From positions 70,184,001-70,248,000 of the forward strand of contig NC_086106.1 of NCBI RefSeq assembly GCF_963921235.1: 64,000 bases of DNA, read 5' to 3'. The DNA is from Mobula hypostoma. Lineage: Eukaryota. Numbering within the stretch: the first letter of the stretch is position 1; each line of letters begins with the position of its first letter. A program made the translations under genes and the position numbers. Of this stretch, positions 61,135 to 64,000 are shown piece after piece. Under the pieces are notes generated by a model. The model searched no databases and was not told the origin of the DNA. It saw only the letters and a program-made list of their open reading frames with translations.

Positions 61135-62095
61135 AGATACAAAATTCTGGAGGAACTCAGCAGGTCAGACAGCATTTATTGAAATGAATGAACAGTTGGT
61201 CGTAAACACAAAATAATCTGCAGATGCTGGGGTCAAAGCAACACTCACAACACGCTGGAGGAACTCAGCAGGTCAGGCAGCATCCGTGGAAAAGATCGGT
61301 CAACGTTTCGGGCCGGAACCCTTCATCGGGACTGTAGGGGGAAGGGGCAGAGGCCCTATAAAGAAGGTGGGGGGAGGGTGGGAAGGAGAAGGCTGGTAGG
61401 TTCCAGGTGAAAAACCAGTAAGGGGAAAGATAAAGGGGTGGGGGAAGGGAGGCAGGGAGGTGATAGGCAGGAAAGGTGAAGAAAGAATAGGGGAAAACAA
61501 TGGGTAGTAGAAGGAGGTGGAACCATGAGGGAGGTGATAGGTAGCTGGGGGAGGGGGCAGAGTGACATAGGGACAGGGGAAGGGAGGGGGAGGGAATTAA
61601 CGGCAGTTGAAGAATTCTATGTTCATACCAAGGGGCTGGAGACTACCTAGATGGTATATGAGGTATTGCTCCTCCAACCTGAGTTTAGCCTCATCATGGC
61701 AGTAGAGAAGGCCATGTATGGACATACCTGAATGGGAGTGGGAAGCAGAGTTGAAGTGGATGGCTACTGGGAGATCCTGTCTGTTGTGGCAGACGGAGTG
61801 GAGGTGCTCGACAAAGCTGTCCCCCAATCTGCGTCAGGTTTCACCAATGTAGAGGAGGCCGCACCGGGAGCACCGGATGCAATAGATGACCCCAACAGAC
61901 TCACAAGTGAAGTGTTGCCTCACTTGGAAGGACTGTTTGGGGCCCTGAATGGTGGCAAGAGAGGAGGTGTACGGACAGGTATAGCACTGGCTCTTACAGG
62001 GAACAGTTAATGTTTCAGGCTTTATCAGGATTGGAAAGAAAGCGGAAGGATACCAGAATAAGAAGGTGAGGGGATGGGAGGGGGTGGGGGAAGTT
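61135..62095 (-). mobile_element. Penelope fragment (about 61203-62000) nested in an older Penelope tail
   Basis: GDSFVEHL...DLPVAIHFNS...LRLEEQYLIYHLGSLQPLGMNIEF. Host tail duplicated around gaacagtt. Hammerhead core mutated (CCGAUGA). Confidence 0.85.
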
Positions 62096-62519
62096 TAAGT
62101 TGTTTTTTTTTAATGAAGTTTTTAAAAGGCTTTCATTCTGTTAAATTTCTGAGCTACGGTTAATTGCCAAAATTTTGCACCTTCTTAACAATGATTGGAG
62201 AGGTCAGAGGAGTTACAATTTTTCAAGACTATTCATGTGCAAAGTGGCCAGCAGCTTGGGACAACTTGAAATTCATATGATATGTTTTCACCATAGGTTC
62301 CTGAAAGATTAGTTCGAACATGAACCGTTAAATTTGTGATTTCTTTGACAGGAGAATTAGGGCCTTTCTTTTTAACTGCACTTAAATATCTCTACAACAG
62401 TAGTCAGAGTATGTAATCAATATTTATCAATATTTGTGCTTCTAAATAATCAAGTTAGGATATAATTCATGTCACAGAACTTTCATTAAAAATCTTCATA
62501 CTGCCTTCTTTCAGTCTGT

Positions 62520-64000
62520 GCTGACTGTGCTGCTATCATGTTGCCACTTGCCTTTTAATAATGTTTTCAATAGGGTCCATAAGGACAAAACAGTAAGATT
62601 GCCAGCGGAGATTGTTAGTGCTATCTCAGGCAGATATCAAGCATTTGTGGAGCTAAAAGCAATGATCATAAAGAACAAAGCAGTGTACCAGAATGCCTGT
62701 CATATCAAGGCAGGAGTCTAGCTTGAAGAAATCTCCTCCGAACTACTGTCAACACATCAATTACAGGGCTAGAGGAATCAACACATTTGACCACCGCTAG
62801 CTATACCACCACTGAAAATGCCAACTACTCGGATACTTGACTACACTTTGTTAAATCTGATCACTTGGCTATGCTTCTTCCTGCATTCAGAGTGAGACTG
62901 AAGAGCATGACACCAGTGAAGAGCTGGATGTCAGACGCAGAGGAGTGAATTCAGGAGTTCTTCGAGTCAGTGGACAGAAAGATTTTCAAGGATAAATCAG
63001 ATGAAATAAAAGATTTAAAGATCAGCTTCACTTGACACATATACATTGAAACCTACAGTTAAATGTATCATTTGTATCAAATTAAATCAGCGGTTATTGG
63101 AAAAGATTATGCCACATTCATCATTGACTTCACATGGACATGAGTGGATGAATGCGTGCCCACAAAAACACTCCAAATCTTCCTCAAACAGAAACCCTGG
63201 ATGACCAGGAGATTAGTGATCTGCTGAGGGCCAGATTTGCACTGTTTAGAACTAGGAACCCAGAGTCATGTAAGAATACAGGATCAACCTCTGGAAGGCC
63301 ATATATGAGCACAATGAGACATCACATGAGATTGAAATACATCCCAGCAGTGTACACTGCTGTCGAAAGAAGGCCCTAGGGTCAGGGGAACACAAAAAAG
63401 AGTCGCTGCAGATTGTAACATTGAAACAGTGAGCTGGTGGTCTCCCTCTCATCTGTTGCAGGAGCGATATCTCTCTCTCCCTTGCTAGTGAGAGAGAGAG
63501 AGTCTGTCTGAGATGTTGAAGGGTTGGGATGGACAGTATTTTTTGATAGACTCTAGATAATGGTCTCTGGGGGTCTTTGCTATTGTTAACATGGTGGGTG
63601 GTGGGGTTTGAACTATTGCTGGAGCAAATGGTAGGGAAGGGGAAGTAGAGGGTTGATGCTTTTACTGCTGCTTGTGCATGGGAGAGGGGACGGGGGGGGC
63701 TTTGGGGTTCTAATGATTCCTCTCGTTCATTCTCTGGTGTCTTTTTTCCTTCTGTTTGATGGATGTTTGCAAAGAGTAAGGAATTCGGGTTGTATATTGT
63801 ATACATTCGCTGATACTAAATTGAATTACTGAACCATTAAATCATTGAATTTCTGACTAAACTAGACTCAGAGATGGATGTTTGACAGCTGTGCCAAGAC
63901 TTGCACAATATAAATTCCTGCAAGCAATCAGGTAGCAAATGGCAGCATCCTATTACTGCCAGATGAGCTCAGTGCCTTAATGCAAGCTTTGATAGGGAGA
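62520..64000 (+). mobile_element. Decayed Rex1/Babar LINE (endonuclease-linker region), interrupted
   Basis: NTFDH...KSDHL, FFESVD, DECVPTKT..IFLKQKPW, LPDELSA. Continues past the window end. Confidence 0.8.
63340..63849 (+). mobile_element. Non-coding retroposon with Rex1-like tail
   Basis: Homologous to 15599-15835 (ctttggggttct...ttcattct...tgtatattgtatacatt). Interrupts the Rex1 ORF. Confidence 0.65.

Noticed and set aside
61295-61335. Penelope hammerhead copies here and near 14490, 17005, 47145 and 60410
   Set aside because: Each has a mutated catalytic core, so not called functional.

Overview
Repeat-dominated, gene-poor vertebrate DNA. The repeat set (CR1 LINEs with esterase ORF1, Penelope-like elements, Rex1/Babar LINEs, V-domain tRNA SINEs, Tc1 and hAT transposons) suggests a cartilaginous fish, probably a ray; this is inference. 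No intact host gene, RNA gene or CRISPR array is supported. Nearly all long ORFs are transposon fragments, many nested and several with readable target-site duplications (TSDs). Two items stand out. (1) The 3' UTR of a HERO-type non-LTR retrotransposon (52794-52912) holds the core strands of a hammerhead ribozyme with well-paired stems I and III, but connected in a non-canonical, pseudoknotted order. (2) A decayed class III (ERV-L/HERV-S-like) provirus (31204-34210) has two LTRs, a 5-bp TSD, a tRNA-Ser-like PBS, ERV-L-type gag and a gamma-type env remnant. One Penelope copy also keeps an intact minimal hammerhead (23105-23142, minus strand). Family assignments come from motif recognition by eye, not database searches. 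Boundaries without TSDs are approximate.
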